From Patescibacteria group bacterium (GTDB lineage: Bacteria; Patescibacteriota; Patescibacteriia; JBDRGY01): DNA of 64,000 nt. Positions 1 through 8,333 of the stretch are shown here, in pieces (positions within the stretch are counted from its first letter, which is position 1; every line of letters begins with the position of its first letter). The position numbers and the translations under genes were made by a program. The stretch covers positions 8,663-72,662 of the forward strand of contig JBDRGY010000013.1 in NCBI GenBank assembly GCA_043817315.1, in the 5' to 3' direction. Under the pieces are notes generated by a model. That model ran no database searches. It was not told where the DNA came from and worked only from the letters and a program-made list of their open reading frames with translations.

Positions 1-334
1 AACTTGTACAAACAGCAGGAAGCCGATTGTTTTAACCTGGGTAAATAACAAAAAGGCCGTACCGATTAAGGCATAACCGAAGACTACTATTAATTCGTTT
101 TCTTTGATTTTGTCGCTGAACCGGGCGGAGATTAAAGTGGTCAACCCGGCCACAATGGCAAATACTCCGCCAGATAAACTGGCATCCAGTAAATCACCGC
201 CGATTTCTTCTACAAATAGAGCGTAAATCGGCCCCAACATGGCCCCGGCCAGCAAAATCAAACCGTTGGTCACTAGTAAGATTTTCAGTGACTTGGGGAA
301 CAACGGCTTTTTTCTGAATAGATAAAGGATGTTC
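1..334 (-). CDS. MFS-type transporter, N-terminal part (gene continues beyond window start)
   Basis: Minus-strand translation VNILYLFRKKPLFPKSLKILLVTNGLILLAGAMLGPIYALFVEEIGGDLL... is hydrophobic-helix rich and typical of an MFS N-terminus. A stop lies just upstream of a GTG/TTG start near 334. The ORF runs off the window edge. Confidence 0.45.
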
Positions 335-380
335 ACAAATTAATTATATAATAACTAACAGATTTCTGATAATGAAACTT

Positions 381-415
381 TTTAATGGCCTTGACAATAA
401 ATTTAATTGGTGCTA
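381..415 (+). promoter_or_regulatory. sigma70-like promoter TTGACA-N17-TAATAT
   Basis: cttgacaataaatttaattggtgctaatatt has a perfect -35, a 17-nt spacer and a near-consensus -10. It sits in AT-rich DNA just before a GC-rich segment. Confidence 0.45.
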
Positions 416-466
416 ATATTTTCTGAAAACTTGAGGCGGCTAGGAACTGTGGCAAGGAGGTAACTA

Positions 467-685
467 ATGGCTAGGTCGCAAGAGCTCTACCGACTTAATG
501 ATTCTATCAGGCTGGTAACGGAGCTTTTTGATTCGCTGGCAAGATACCATGAGAGGTGGTCGGGATTTCTCCCGATTTACCTGTTCTTAGTCCTACCCTG
601 CCTCGGGATCATCAAGCTCGCCCTACTGGCCGAGAGAGCGATTCTCCGGCTACGGATGGTCATCGGCCTGGCCGAGACCTACTGA
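467..685 (+). CDS. hypothetical small protein (72 aa), or part of a GC-rich structured transcript
   Basis: AAGGAGG lies 6 nt upstream of the ATG. The segment 440-745 is about 55 percent GC against an AT-rich background, ends in an intrinsic terminator, and has an overlapping alternative-frame ORF, so coding status is uncertain. Confidence 0.25.
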   Translation: MARSQELYRLNDSIRLVTELFDSLARYHERWSGFLPIYLFLVLPCLGIIKLALLAERAILRLRMVIGLAETY

Positions 686-707
686 GCAGGAACCGCACAT
701 CCTCTAT

Positions 708-745
708 GGGGGCTCAACCTTCGGGAAGAGCCCTTCTTCATTTAC
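708..745. terminator. intrinsic terminator hairpin (gggctc..gagccc) with T-run, between convergent genes
   Basis: GGGCTCaaccttcgggaaGAGCCC is followed by ttcttcattt, and it sits between the + unit and the minus-strand glycosylase gene. Confidence 0.5.
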
Positions 746-1070
746 GATAACAACCACACGGTCTAGCTTTCAATATTTTTCTTTGTTTTGGTATCGAATC
801 AACAAAAATGGATTGATCCGGTTTCCCTTTAGCATACTTTTTATCCAGTGGAGACTGGTGATTGTATCCCCTATTTTCCATTTCCTTAACCAACAGCTGA
901 TGTCTTTTATACAAAGCGGCTAATTTTCCTTCCCAGCGTTTGGTTTCCGGATGATGACGATAGCCTTTTTTGTTGTGAACTAAAATCGACCACAAGGCAT
1001 GCAACTCCCGATGTTCACCGAGCAGATGCTGGCGGCAGAGTTTTGTTACCGGAACGTCCCAGATTCTCAT
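738..1070 (-). CDS. pyrimidine dimer DNA glycosylase (T4 endonuclease V / DenV family, Pyr_excise)
   Basis: MRIWDVPVTKLCRQHLLGEHRELHALW...GYRHHPETKRW aligns with T4 endoV [28 protein letters not shown] and with the bacterial Pyr_excise motif GYRxHPxL. Confidence 0.65.
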   Translation of the reverse strand: MRIWDVPVTKLCRQHLLGEHRELHALWSILVHNKKGYRHHPETKRWEGKLAALYKRHQLLVKEMENRGYNHQSPLDKKYAKGKPDQSIFVDSIPKQRKILKARPCGCYRK

Positions 1071-1072
1071 AT

Positions 1073-2263
1073 TTATCGGGGAATTGGTTTTAGTACATTT
1101 CCCTGCATGTAGCGAGGTGGTTCATCAGATTCTTTGGTTTTAGAGTCAGCCAAGTTTTCAGGAATAGCAATATTTAATCCGGTCAAGATATTTTCGAACT
1201 GATGAAATACTTCATTCCTACCCAGACTGCAACCGCCATATGACTCAAACTTATAAATCGTGGCAAACTCACCATTGTCTAATTTCTTATCATATAGTTT
1301 TAAATATATGACAAAATCACTATCAACTTTGCTATATAATATGATTGAGTCTCTTTGTTGACGATATACATTTCCTTCAATAATTGTTGCTAAAATATTG
1401 GGTGACACCTCTGTTAATTCTCGCTCGGATAACTCTGAACAATATCCTGAGTCTTGGCAACTTCCCTTTGCCACTAAACTTTCTCTATTCTTGTTATATT
1501 CTTCAAGTGTCATAAATAACTGTTTATTATCGAAATACTCGGCAACAACCTCAATATTATTTGGCAGTGATTTAACAAATTCCCGTAAGTCAATCCTTTG
1601 GTCAAGCGGCAAATCATATATTCCTCCCCAATCTTTATACCCCACACAATCACCTTTTTCGTCAGGCTTCCAGGTGGGATTTTCTGGTTCATTTTCAAAA
1701 GTCAAATTCGGACAGTTAATGTCAGCCCAGCGCTGATATTTATCCATACAATAACGTAGTGTATAGTCCGCCTCGGTCCAGCAAATAACTTCATTAGGAT
1801 CATCATACAAGCTATTTGAATAGCCTTGCCAACAACAGTAGTCATCCTCGTTCTGCCATATCTTCTGGATTATTAAGCCAATTTGATTTCCATCATTTCT
1901 CCTCAATATTAATCTGGCTTGATCATAATAATTATCTTCATTCTCAAAATCAATAATTTTAGCACCTTGATCACCGTCTGCCAAAAGATTAATACGAATT
2001 ATTGGGTTTTCTGCATACTCGCCAATCTCTTCACTATGATAATAAATATCAGCCAACTCCAGTGTAGTATTCGTTCCTTTTATGCAAATTTTATCTCCCT
2101 CTACCATATTTACTTCATTCTCGTATTCAACAACCGTATAACCCTCACATTTTTCCTCATCCTGACCTGTTTTATTCAATTCAAAGTAATAATAAATTAC
2201 TCCCAACAGAAGAACTACTGCTGCCATTATAACAACGGTTATCTTAAACGAATAATTTTTCAT
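1073..2263 (-). CDS. secreted or membrane-anchored cysteine-rich hypothetical protein
   Basis: The likely true start is the internal Met (MKNYSFKITVVIMAAVVLLLGVIYYYF signal anchor) at 2263, because the upstream gene stops at 2281. The mature part has many Cys and Trp residues and acidic stretches. Confidence 0.55.
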   Translation of the reverse strand: MKNYSFKITVVIMAAVVLLLGVIYYYFELNKTGQDEEKCEGYTVVEYENEVNMVEGDKICIKGTNTTLELADIYYHSEEIGEYAENPIIRINLLADGDQGAKIIDFENEDNYYDQARLILRRNDGNQIGLIIQKIWQNEDDYCCWQGYSNSLYDDPNEVICWTEADYTLRYCMDKYQRWADINCPNLTFENEPENPTWKPDEKGDCVGYKDWGGIYDLPLDQRIDLREFVKSLPNNIEVVAEYFDNKQLFMTLEEYNKNRESLVAKGSCQDSGYCSELSERELTEVSPNILATIIEGNVYRQQRDSIILYSKVDSDFVIYLKLYDKKLDNGEFATIYKFESYGGCSLGRNEVFHQFENILTGLNIAIPENLADSKTKESDEPPRYMQGNVLKPIPR

Positions 2264-2280
2264 ACTTGTTGCATTAAAAA

Positions 2281-3072
2281 TTAGACCGGCCTTAAAGTTC
2301 CAGCAAACACCTGCCAGGCCAAAAGTGATTTGGCCACTAAACTTAGAATGATATAAGCCCGCTCGCCGTACAGATAATCGCTCCACTTGCCCACTTTTTT
2401 ATACTGCAGAACCATGTTGATCGCAAAGACATTGAAGAACAGAAAAATGGAAAAGAAAATCCAGTAGACAAAACTGGGTGCTTTAGCGTCACCGCTGCCG
2501 GCATTAAACAGATGAATAGCAACAGCCACCCAGGGAATGGCTCCGGCCAGACAACCGAACCAGAAAGAATGCCATTTGGTTTTCTGGGTTGTTTGGTTGT
2601 GCATTTCCATGATCAAGCCGAACAGAATCATTATGCCGTTTAAGGAGAATAACGCCATTAACGCCACCAAGTCATAAATTCCCACTAACATGCAGATTAT
2701 CAAAATCATCAGAGAGGAACTGAAGAAATATTCGATCCAGCGGGCATAGTTGGCACCCTTGGCTAAGTTCCTGTTATACCAGTCATTTATTTTGGGCAGG
2801 GTCAGCAGTAAATGAGCTAAAGCTGAGAGCAATAAAAATCCGGAAACTAGTGGTCCAACCGGCAATTCCCATAGTTTGTTTAAAACCGGTTCCAGCATTT
2901 TGGTAACCCTATTCAATTCGACAAAGGAGGTATAAACCGGCAGCTTGAAATCGTTGGCCAGCAGCAACATGGCGATTCCCTGCCCCAGATGGAGAAAGAA
3001 CATGATTAGGTTAAACCGGCGCAGTTTTTTAAATTTTGTTTGATCGGGTAACTGTGTTGTGGTTTGGTCCAT
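2281..3072 (-). CDS. heliorhodopsin (7-TM retinal protein)
   Basis: Strong similarity to heliorhodopsin 48C12 across the protein: WFGCLAGAIPWVAVAIHLF, SIFLFFNVFAINMVLQYKKVGKWSDYLYGERAYIILSLVAKSLLAWQVFAGTL. The Schiff-base Lys is conserved in SLVAK, and the protein is 263 aa. Confidence 0.85.
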   Translation of the reverse strand: MDQTTTQLPDQTKFKKLRRFNLIMFFLHLGQGIAMLLLANDFKLPVYTSFVELNRVTKMLEPVLNKLWELPVGPLVSGFLLLSALAHLLLTLPKINDWYNRNLAKGANYARWIEYFFSSSLMILIICMLVGIYDLVALMALFSLNGIMILFGLIMEMHNQTTQKTKWHSFWFGCLAGAIPWVAVAIHLFNAGSGDAKAPSFVYWIFFSIFLFFNVFAINMVLQYKKVGKWSDYLYGERAYIILSLVAKSLLAWQVFAGTLRPV

Positions 3073-3097
3073 ATTTTTGTTGAATAATAATAAGCAA

Positions 3098-3586
3098 TTA
3101 CATTATAGCAGAAATTAGCTCTTTGATAACTTCCTTCTCATTTTTCCCTTCAGTATCAACAACTTGGCCTGCTTCAAACGTAGTGTTAATCCGGTACATC
3201 GCTTCAATACTGATCCGATTCATTGCATTCTTTTTCCTGGCCAGGTTCCTCTGCCAACAAGTTTCCAAAGACGCTTTCAAAGTGAAAATGAAAGGTTTGC
3301 CCGACAATTCTTTAACTAACTGATCGATTTGTTCTTGGTAATAAAAATTGCCATCAAAAACGACCGGCTTCCCCTGCTCCAAGTATTCAATAACTTTGGG
3401 CTTGATTATGGTTTGGACTTTTAAGAAATTGCCGACTGGAATATCTCCGTCTTTAATTTCTAAATTGGTATCTCGTAAAACTTGGTCAATATTAAAATGA
3501 ACTCCGTTTAACAGTTTGGCAACGGCTTGGGCAATAGTTGTTTTGCCTACTCCGGCTGGGCCGCGGATGATGATAAAATTAGTCAT
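3098..3586 (-). CDS. P-loop NTPase / small-molecule kinase-like protein
   Basis: Walker A GPAGVGKTT near the N-terminus and 162 aa length fit the AAA_33 / nucleotide-kinase-like fold. Confidence 0.5.
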   Translation of the reverse strand: MTNFIIIRGPAGVGKTTIAQAVAKLLNGVHFNIDQVLRDTNLEIKDGDIPVGNFLKVQTIIKPKVIEYLEQGKPVVFDGNFYYQEQIDQLVKELSGKPFIFTLKASLETCWQRNLARKKNAMNRISIEAMYRINTTFEAGQVVDTEGKNEKEVIKELISAIM

Positions 3587-3619
3587 GGGTATAGTATAAC
3601 AGAAACGCAGATGATTTTC

Positions 3620-3979
3620 TTATTCAGATAATAGCCGACAAATCCTCTCAATCACTCCTTCCATATTTTTGTAAACATCCAGGTTATTTACCCGAAGGAA
3701 TCTAATACCGAATGACTCAATGAATTGCTGGCGTTCTTTATCATATATTCTGGCCTGATCAGAAAGATGAGTTGGGCCGTCAATTTCAATGGCCAATCTG
3801 GCTTTAGGACAATAGAAATCGACCACATATTTGCTAATACTATACTGACGACGGAATTTAAAACCTTCTAGTTGCTTATTTCTTAAATGCAACCATAGAA
3901 TATGCTCAGCCGGAGGCATTTGCCGACGTAAATACCGTCTACTGCCTTTGGTTCGTTTTTTATTATATAGTCTTGTCAT
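3620..3979 (-). CDS. DUF559 (very-short-patch-repair-like endonuclease domain) protein
   Basis: RRQMPPAEHILWLHLRNKQLEGFKFRRQYSISKYVVDFYCPKARLAIEIDGPTH matches the DUF559 signature. Confidence 0.7.
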   Translation of the reverse strand: MTRLYNKKRTKGSRRYLRRQMPPAEHILWLHLRNKQLEGFKFRRQYSISKYVVDFYCPKARLAIEIDGPTHLSDQARIYDKERQQFIESFGIRFLRVNNLDVYKNMEGVIERICRLLSE

Positions 3980-3999
3980 AATTGTTGACCTCCCCTCTG

Positions 4000-4175
4000 A
4001 ACCAACTCTGCAAAAACACCTGGCTCATTCTCCCCTCCTTACTAAGGAGGGGTAAAGCGTTTATTGGTTTTTCACAGACGTGGGTTTCGTGGGAGCGGTT
4101 CATTGATAAACTGATGAGCCTTCACTATCGTCGAGGAGGGGAAAACGATTATTAGTTCTTGTAAAACTTGGGTGA
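4000..4175 (+). repeat. intergenic repeat element, copy 1 (SD/anti-SD hairpin cccctcctt-acta-aaggagggg); second copy at 56590-56735
   Basis: gacctcccctct...aacacct...attctcccctccttactaaggaggggtaaagcg...tggttttt...gtggg.gcgg recurs in the same order and orientation at 56596-56715. Confidence 0.5.
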
Positions 4176-4288
4176 CAAGGAGGTGGTTGGTTAATTATCT
4201 AACTAACAAAAACCTCCCCGTCTGTCTTTTCTGGGAAGGTTTTAATGTCTTTAATTTATTCTACCTGGGAAGAATTGTCAACTATCTC

Positions 4289-4783
4289 CTAGAAATCATA
4301 CCAATCAATCGGATCTATTCTGGTCACTGTTTCGTTCCTGTCTACAGTGACTTTAACCGCTTTATGGCCGGTACAGCTAATATCCATCCCACAAACTACA
4401 AACTGGGAATAGTAAGCTTGATAGTCATCCAGAGCTTCCCCGGTCGTGCTATCCGGATCAATCAGATAAGAGAAAATATGATAATCTCCCGGCGGGACGG
4501 AAATCTCATAACCGAGATTATAAGTGTAATCGTCACCTTCGAGCATTTCATAAGTACAATACTGATCATAGCCATCGGTGGTCTCGGCACAAATTCCCAA
4601 AGCCGGTATTTCTTCCGAAGGATAACCTAAAGATCCGCCGATTTTGCCCCAGTGGGCTTCGGAATCAATTTCCTCAACCTTGGTTATTTCATTGGGGACG
4701 TGAGCTAACCATAAGCCCAAAATAATAATAGCCACAATTATGACTATCAGCAGGATGATGATAATTTTTAAAGGTTTTTTCAT
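4289..4783 (-). CDS. hypothetical membrane-anchored protein
   Basis: Has an N-terminal TM helix (IIIILLIVIIVAIIILGLWLA) and an acidic, aromatic-rich ectodomain. Confidence 0.45.
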   Translation of the reverse strand: MKKPLKIIIILLIVIIVAIIILGLWLAHVPNEITKVEEIDSEAHWGKIGGSLGYPSEEIPALGICAETTDGYDQYCTYEMLEGDDYTYNLGYEISVPPGDYHIFSYLIDPDSTTGEALDDYQAYYSQFVVCGMDISCTGHKAVKVTVDRNETVTRIDPIDWYDF

Positions 4784-4793
4784 GATATTGTGG

Positions 4794-6131
4794 TTAGCTA
4801 ATTCTTAGGTAAGACCAGCCCTTAATAAATTCCCGGACGGTGGTCACTTCTTTTTTATACGGATCCAGCACTTTGGCATCCAGCAATCTGGGGTCGACGT
4901 TTTTCAGCTGATTGGGGGGAATGCCCGGATTACTTTTGGAGCCGCCGGATAATTTCTTCAGTGCCTTAACCATGTCATCCCATTCCAGATTCCCAATTCC
5001 CGGCGGGCGGATCATGATAGAGGTATGATTTAAGAGATTACTGTAGGATTCTCCGGTAATCGATAATAGCCCTTCATGCTTCTGGCCAGGCTTAGCCGGG
5101 TCCTTGTTTATATCCAGCTTGTTGAGTAAATCTCGTTCCAGCCATTGCATAGAATCGCCGCAGCGACCGAACTGGTAAGTATCCACAAAATCAGCACTGT
5201 TGCCGTTAAAACCGTGATCAAAAATGGCTACCAGGTGCTGCCACCAGTATTGTGGGTGCAACTTACTGGTTTCGGTTTTAATGTTTTTGATTTGATTCAA
5301 AAACCACTCTTCAATCTTGTCCGGATCCAGGATTTTATCAATCTCTTCTTGAGTGTATTTATAACCTAACCTGATTCGGATTTTTTCCGTCTCTTCTTTA
5401 CGATTTACTTTCACTTTTTTGGTCAAATTACCGTTTTGGTCAAAGGTATAGGTAGTGTCATTATCACCATCTACCGAAATAGTATTGGTTAGACGATTAA
5501 GGTCATCTTTAATATCAATCTGGCACTTACAGGCGGGGAAAGTTCCAGAAAAAGAAGTTAAGACGGCATTTTTGTGGCCTCTTAAATATTTATTACAGTG
5601 ACTCTCACAGGTCGGGCCAGTAGCAGTTCCACCAGTGTTCAGGGAAATGTTGGTGCCAGCCTGGGAAATATTTACATTCTGATTAGAATTGGTGTTAGTG
5701 TTTTGGTTGGCGTTGGTATTAGTAGCTTGATTGGTATTTGGATTGGTGCTGACGCTGGTGTTGGTATTATTGCTGGAATTGGTATTGGTGGTTGTTCCTG
5801 TATCCCCCGGACAATCTTCATCCAAACCGACGCAAGCATAAAGACAACCTGAACAACCTTCGTTGTCTGATCCTTTATAACACTCCTTGTTGGGATCAGT
5901 TGGATCTTCATTGATACTGCCGGAAGAACCGCAGATACAATGTCCGGTGTAGGAATAATGGGCATCGCCAATATCGTTACAATTGGTCTGTTTACAGCCT
6001 ACTCCGCTCATTCGGTCCCAGGTATAACCCGGTCCACAATCTGCCTCGGTTATGGCCTGAACGGATACAGCCGAAATCAATAATAAAAAGCCTATTACTA
6101 AGGCAAACCAAAAATATTTTTTCATTCCCAT
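4794..6131 (-). CDS. secreted Cys-rich protein with N/T-rich low-complexity linker
   Basis: Signal peptide MGMKKYFWFALVIGFLLLISAVSVQA, then an N-terminal Cys-rich region, a TNTN/NQNT low-complexity tract, and a C-terminal globular domain. Confidence 0.5.
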   Translation of the reverse strand: MGMKKYFWFALVIGFLLLISAVSVQAITEADCGPGYTWDRMSGVGCKQTNCNDIGDAHYSYTGHCICGSSGSINEDPTDPNKECYKGSDNEGCSGCLYACVGLDEDCPGDTGTTTNTNSSNNTNTSVSTNPNTNQATNTNANQNTNTNSNQNVNISQAGTNISLNTGGTATGPTCESHCNKYLRGHKNAVLTSFSGTFPACKCQIDIKDDLNRLTNTISVDGDNDTTYTFDQNGNLTKKVKVNRKEETEKIRIRLGYKYTQEEIDKILDPDKIEEWFLNQIKNIKTETSKLHPQYWWQHLVAIFDHGFNGNSADFVDTYQFGRCGDSMQWLERDLLNKLDINKDPAKPGQKHEGLLSITGESYSNLLNHTSIMIRPPGIGNLEWDDMVKALKKLSGGSKSNPGIPPNQLKNVDPRLLDAKVLDPYKKEVTTVREFIKGWSYLRIS

Positions 6132-6225
6132 ATTACTATTAATTATTGTACTATTATATTTTAGCAGAAAATTGGGGGAAACAAAAACCTTCCTGTTTAT
6201 TGCTGGGGAAGGTTTTTGCTTTGTA

Positions 6226-6954
6226 CTATTGTAAATAACTATCCAGCGATTCCTCTGTCCCGGTGGCAGTTACTGTTTTGGGAAGAACTCCTTTTAAATA
6301 AGCTTCATTAGCATGGTATTCAAGTACTTCCAGACTGAATCCCGGCACTTTGGCTAATTCTTCATTAATTATTTCTTGGGCTTTGGCTGAAATTTCTTCG
6401 TAATACTTACTAGGGACCGTCAGGCGGCCAACTTTGGCCTGGAGTAAATTTACGGACACTGTTTTTGCCGAAGTTTTAACCACATCCACATCCACGTAGG
6501 CCGGAGCGTTGATAAAAGGAACAACAAAGGCGGAAATCTCCATTCCCCCTTCCCGGAGTTTAACCTGAATATCCCTGACGTGTTTGCCTTCCCCATGGTA
6601 TTTCTGAATGAAAGCAGTCATTTCAGCAGAAGAATGTCGGTCATCAACCGGCACGGTACCGGCGTACTCCTTGGCCTGGGTCCAATAAAATGTTCCGGGC
6701 TCGGCTTCAATGGTCATCGGGTTGTCCGCTTCAGCCTGCTTTAGGTCTTCTACAGTTGGATGCACCCCCAGATCAATCGGTTTGTTGGTGCCAAAGATAG
6801 CGGATACAACGGGAATCTGAAAAATTCCAGTGTAACCCAGGGCAGCAAGCGGCAAAACAATAAATACAAAAACTAGGATTATTACTGTCCACAGCAGTTT
6901 GTGAGATTTCTTTTTTGGCTTTTGTTCTTCTGGTTGTTTAGCTTGGTCTTCCAT
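6226..6954 (-). CDS. hypothetical membrane-anchored protein
   Basis: Has an N-terminal basic segment followed by a TM helix (LLWTVIILVFVFIVLPLAALGYTGIF). Confidence 0.45.
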   Translation of the reverse strand: MEDQAKQPEEQKPKKKSHKLLWTVIILVFVFIVLPLAALGYTGIFQIPVVSAIFGTNKPIDLGVHPTVEDLKQAEADNPMTIEAEPGTFYWTQAKEYAGTVPVDDRHSSAEMTAFIQKYHGEGKHVRDIQVKLREGGMEISAFVVPFINAPAYVDVDVVKTSAKTVSVNLLQAKVGRLTVPSKYYEEISAKAQEIINEELAKVPGFSLEVLEYHANEAYLKGVLPKTVTATGTEESLDSYLQ

Positions 6955-7013
6955 TGTTTTAGAGATTAATAATTGAACAATATTATTTTAGCAGAAAAAT
7001 GGGGAAAAACAAA

Positions 7014-8246
7014 CTAGATACTATCACCCAAACAATAACCGGTAGTCCAACACATTTGCAGATTATAACCGCCAGTGGGGCCGTCTAAGTCCAAGATCTC
7101 TCCGGCCAGATAAAGATTATCAATAATCTTGGATTGCATATTCTTAGGATCAACTTCTTTGAGATCCACTCCCCCGCTGGTAACGATAGCCCGATTGAAG
7201 CCAGCCAAGTTTTTAACCTGCAAAGTAAAATCTTTGATCAAATGGACTAATTTCTTTCTTTCGGCTTGGCTAATGGCATTAACCTTCTTATCCGGATCGA
7301 TCTGAGACAGTTTGATCATGACCGGAATCAACTTTTTAGGTAAGAGAGCGGCTAAACTGTTTCTGAATAATTTATTATTTAACAGGGCAAAGTCTCTTTG
7401 CAGGCGTTTATCCAAGGCGGGGAAATCCAGGGCCGGTTTGAAATCAAGGTGCAACTCTACTTTTCCTTTTTTCAGAGACTGGCCGACTGCTTTACTCATA
7501 TCAATAGCAATGGGACCACTTAAGCCATTATCGGTAAACAACGCTTCACCAAAAGAAGATAAGATCTTCTTGCCTTTTTGATAGGGACTGATAGTAACAT
7601 TTTTAAGGCTTAATCCTTCCAGTTCCTTAATCCACTTTTCCCGCAAGATAATGGGAACAATGGCCGGGACTAGTTCTGTAATTTTATGCCCCATTTTTTT
7701 AAGCCAGGCATAAGCGTCACCAGTCGAACCGGTCACTGGGTGCCCTTGGCCTCCGGTACAGATAGCATATTTGTCTGCTAAATACTTTTGTCCATCGCTG
7801 AGGACGATTTGGGTAATTTTATTATTGCATCTTTCTATCGATTTAACGGTAGCCTTGGTCTGGATGGTTACCTTATTTTCTTTTAAATAATTTGTTAAAG
7901 CTCCAATCACATCGGCTGACTGATTGCTCTGGGGAAAAACCCGATTGCCTCGCTCAATTTTGGTGGGAACTCCTCGTTGCTTGAGGAAATCCAGCATCTC
8001 TTGAACGCCAAATTTATTTAAGCCGGAAAAAAGAAAACGGCCGTTGCGTCCATATTTGGCAATTAACTTCCTGGTATCAAATTCAGCGTTGGTAATATTA
8101 CATCGTCCTTTGCCGGTAACTCCTAGTTTAGTTCCCAACTTAGCGTTTTTCTCCAACAATAATACGCGGGCGCCTTTGGCCCCGGCTCTGCCGGCAGCCA
8201 TCATCCCGGCCGGTCCTCCCCCGATTACTATTAAATCATAGATCAT
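7014..8246 (-). CDS. FAD-dependent oxidoreductase, HI0933/BaiN-like flavoprotein family
   Basis: N-terminal dinucleotide fold DLIVIGGGPAGMMAAGRAG, ...GKGRCNITN..., and C-terminal LAGEILDLDGPTGGYNLQ are typical of the HI0933 family. Confidence 0.7.
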   Translation of the reverse strand: MIYDLIVIGGGPAGMMAAGRAGAKGARVLLLEKNAKLGTKLGVTGKGRCNITNAEFDTRKLIAKYGRNGRFLFSGLNKFGVQEMLDFLKQRGVPTKIERGNRVFPQSNQSADVIGALTNYLKENKVTIQTKATVKSIERCNNKITQIVLSDGQKYLADKYAICTGGQGHPVTGSTGDAYAWLKKMGHKITELVPAIVPIILREKWIKELEGLSLKNVTISPYQKGKKILSSFGEALFTDNGLSGPIAIDMSKAVGQSLKKGKVELHLDFKPALDFPALDKRLQRDFALLNNKLFRNSLAALLPKKLIPVMIKLSQIDPDKKVNAISQAERKKLVHLIKDFTLQVKNLAGFNRAIVTSGGVDLKEVDPKNMQSKIIDNLYLAGEILDLDGPTGGYNLQMCWTTGYCLGDSI

Positions 8247-8333
8247 CTTAGTTTCTCCATATTCCCATTTATTTAGGCATTAGTCAAAATAAAAAAATCC
8301 TTGCTAAAAAACTTTAGCCAGGATTTGATAATG

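Noticed and set aside
556-750. Second ORF overlapping 467-685 in another frame
   Set aside because: It has no RBS and reads through the terminator hairpin. It is likely spurious.
1398-2284. Antisense and internal ORFs inside the Cys-rich secreted protein gene (1398-1736, 1510-1698, 1919-2284)
   Set aside because: They lie opposite a well-supported gene. AT-rich runs of Ile/Asn/Phe codons are typical of antisense noise.
1073-2386. Long N-terminal extensions given by the ORF track for several genes (1073-2386, 21355-21762, 23977-25164, 46575-47303, 49856-52042, 60523-61347)
   Set aside because: The extensions overlap upstream genes or lack an RBS. Internal Met codons with an SD, signal peptides or conserved N-termini give better starts.
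5598-5971. ORFs 5598-5852 (+) and 5672-5971 (-), and the repetitive DNA, as a possible CRISPR or array
   Set aside because: The repetition is the in-frame TNTN/NQNT low-complexity linker of the 4794-6131 secreted protein. There are no spacer-repeat periodicities.
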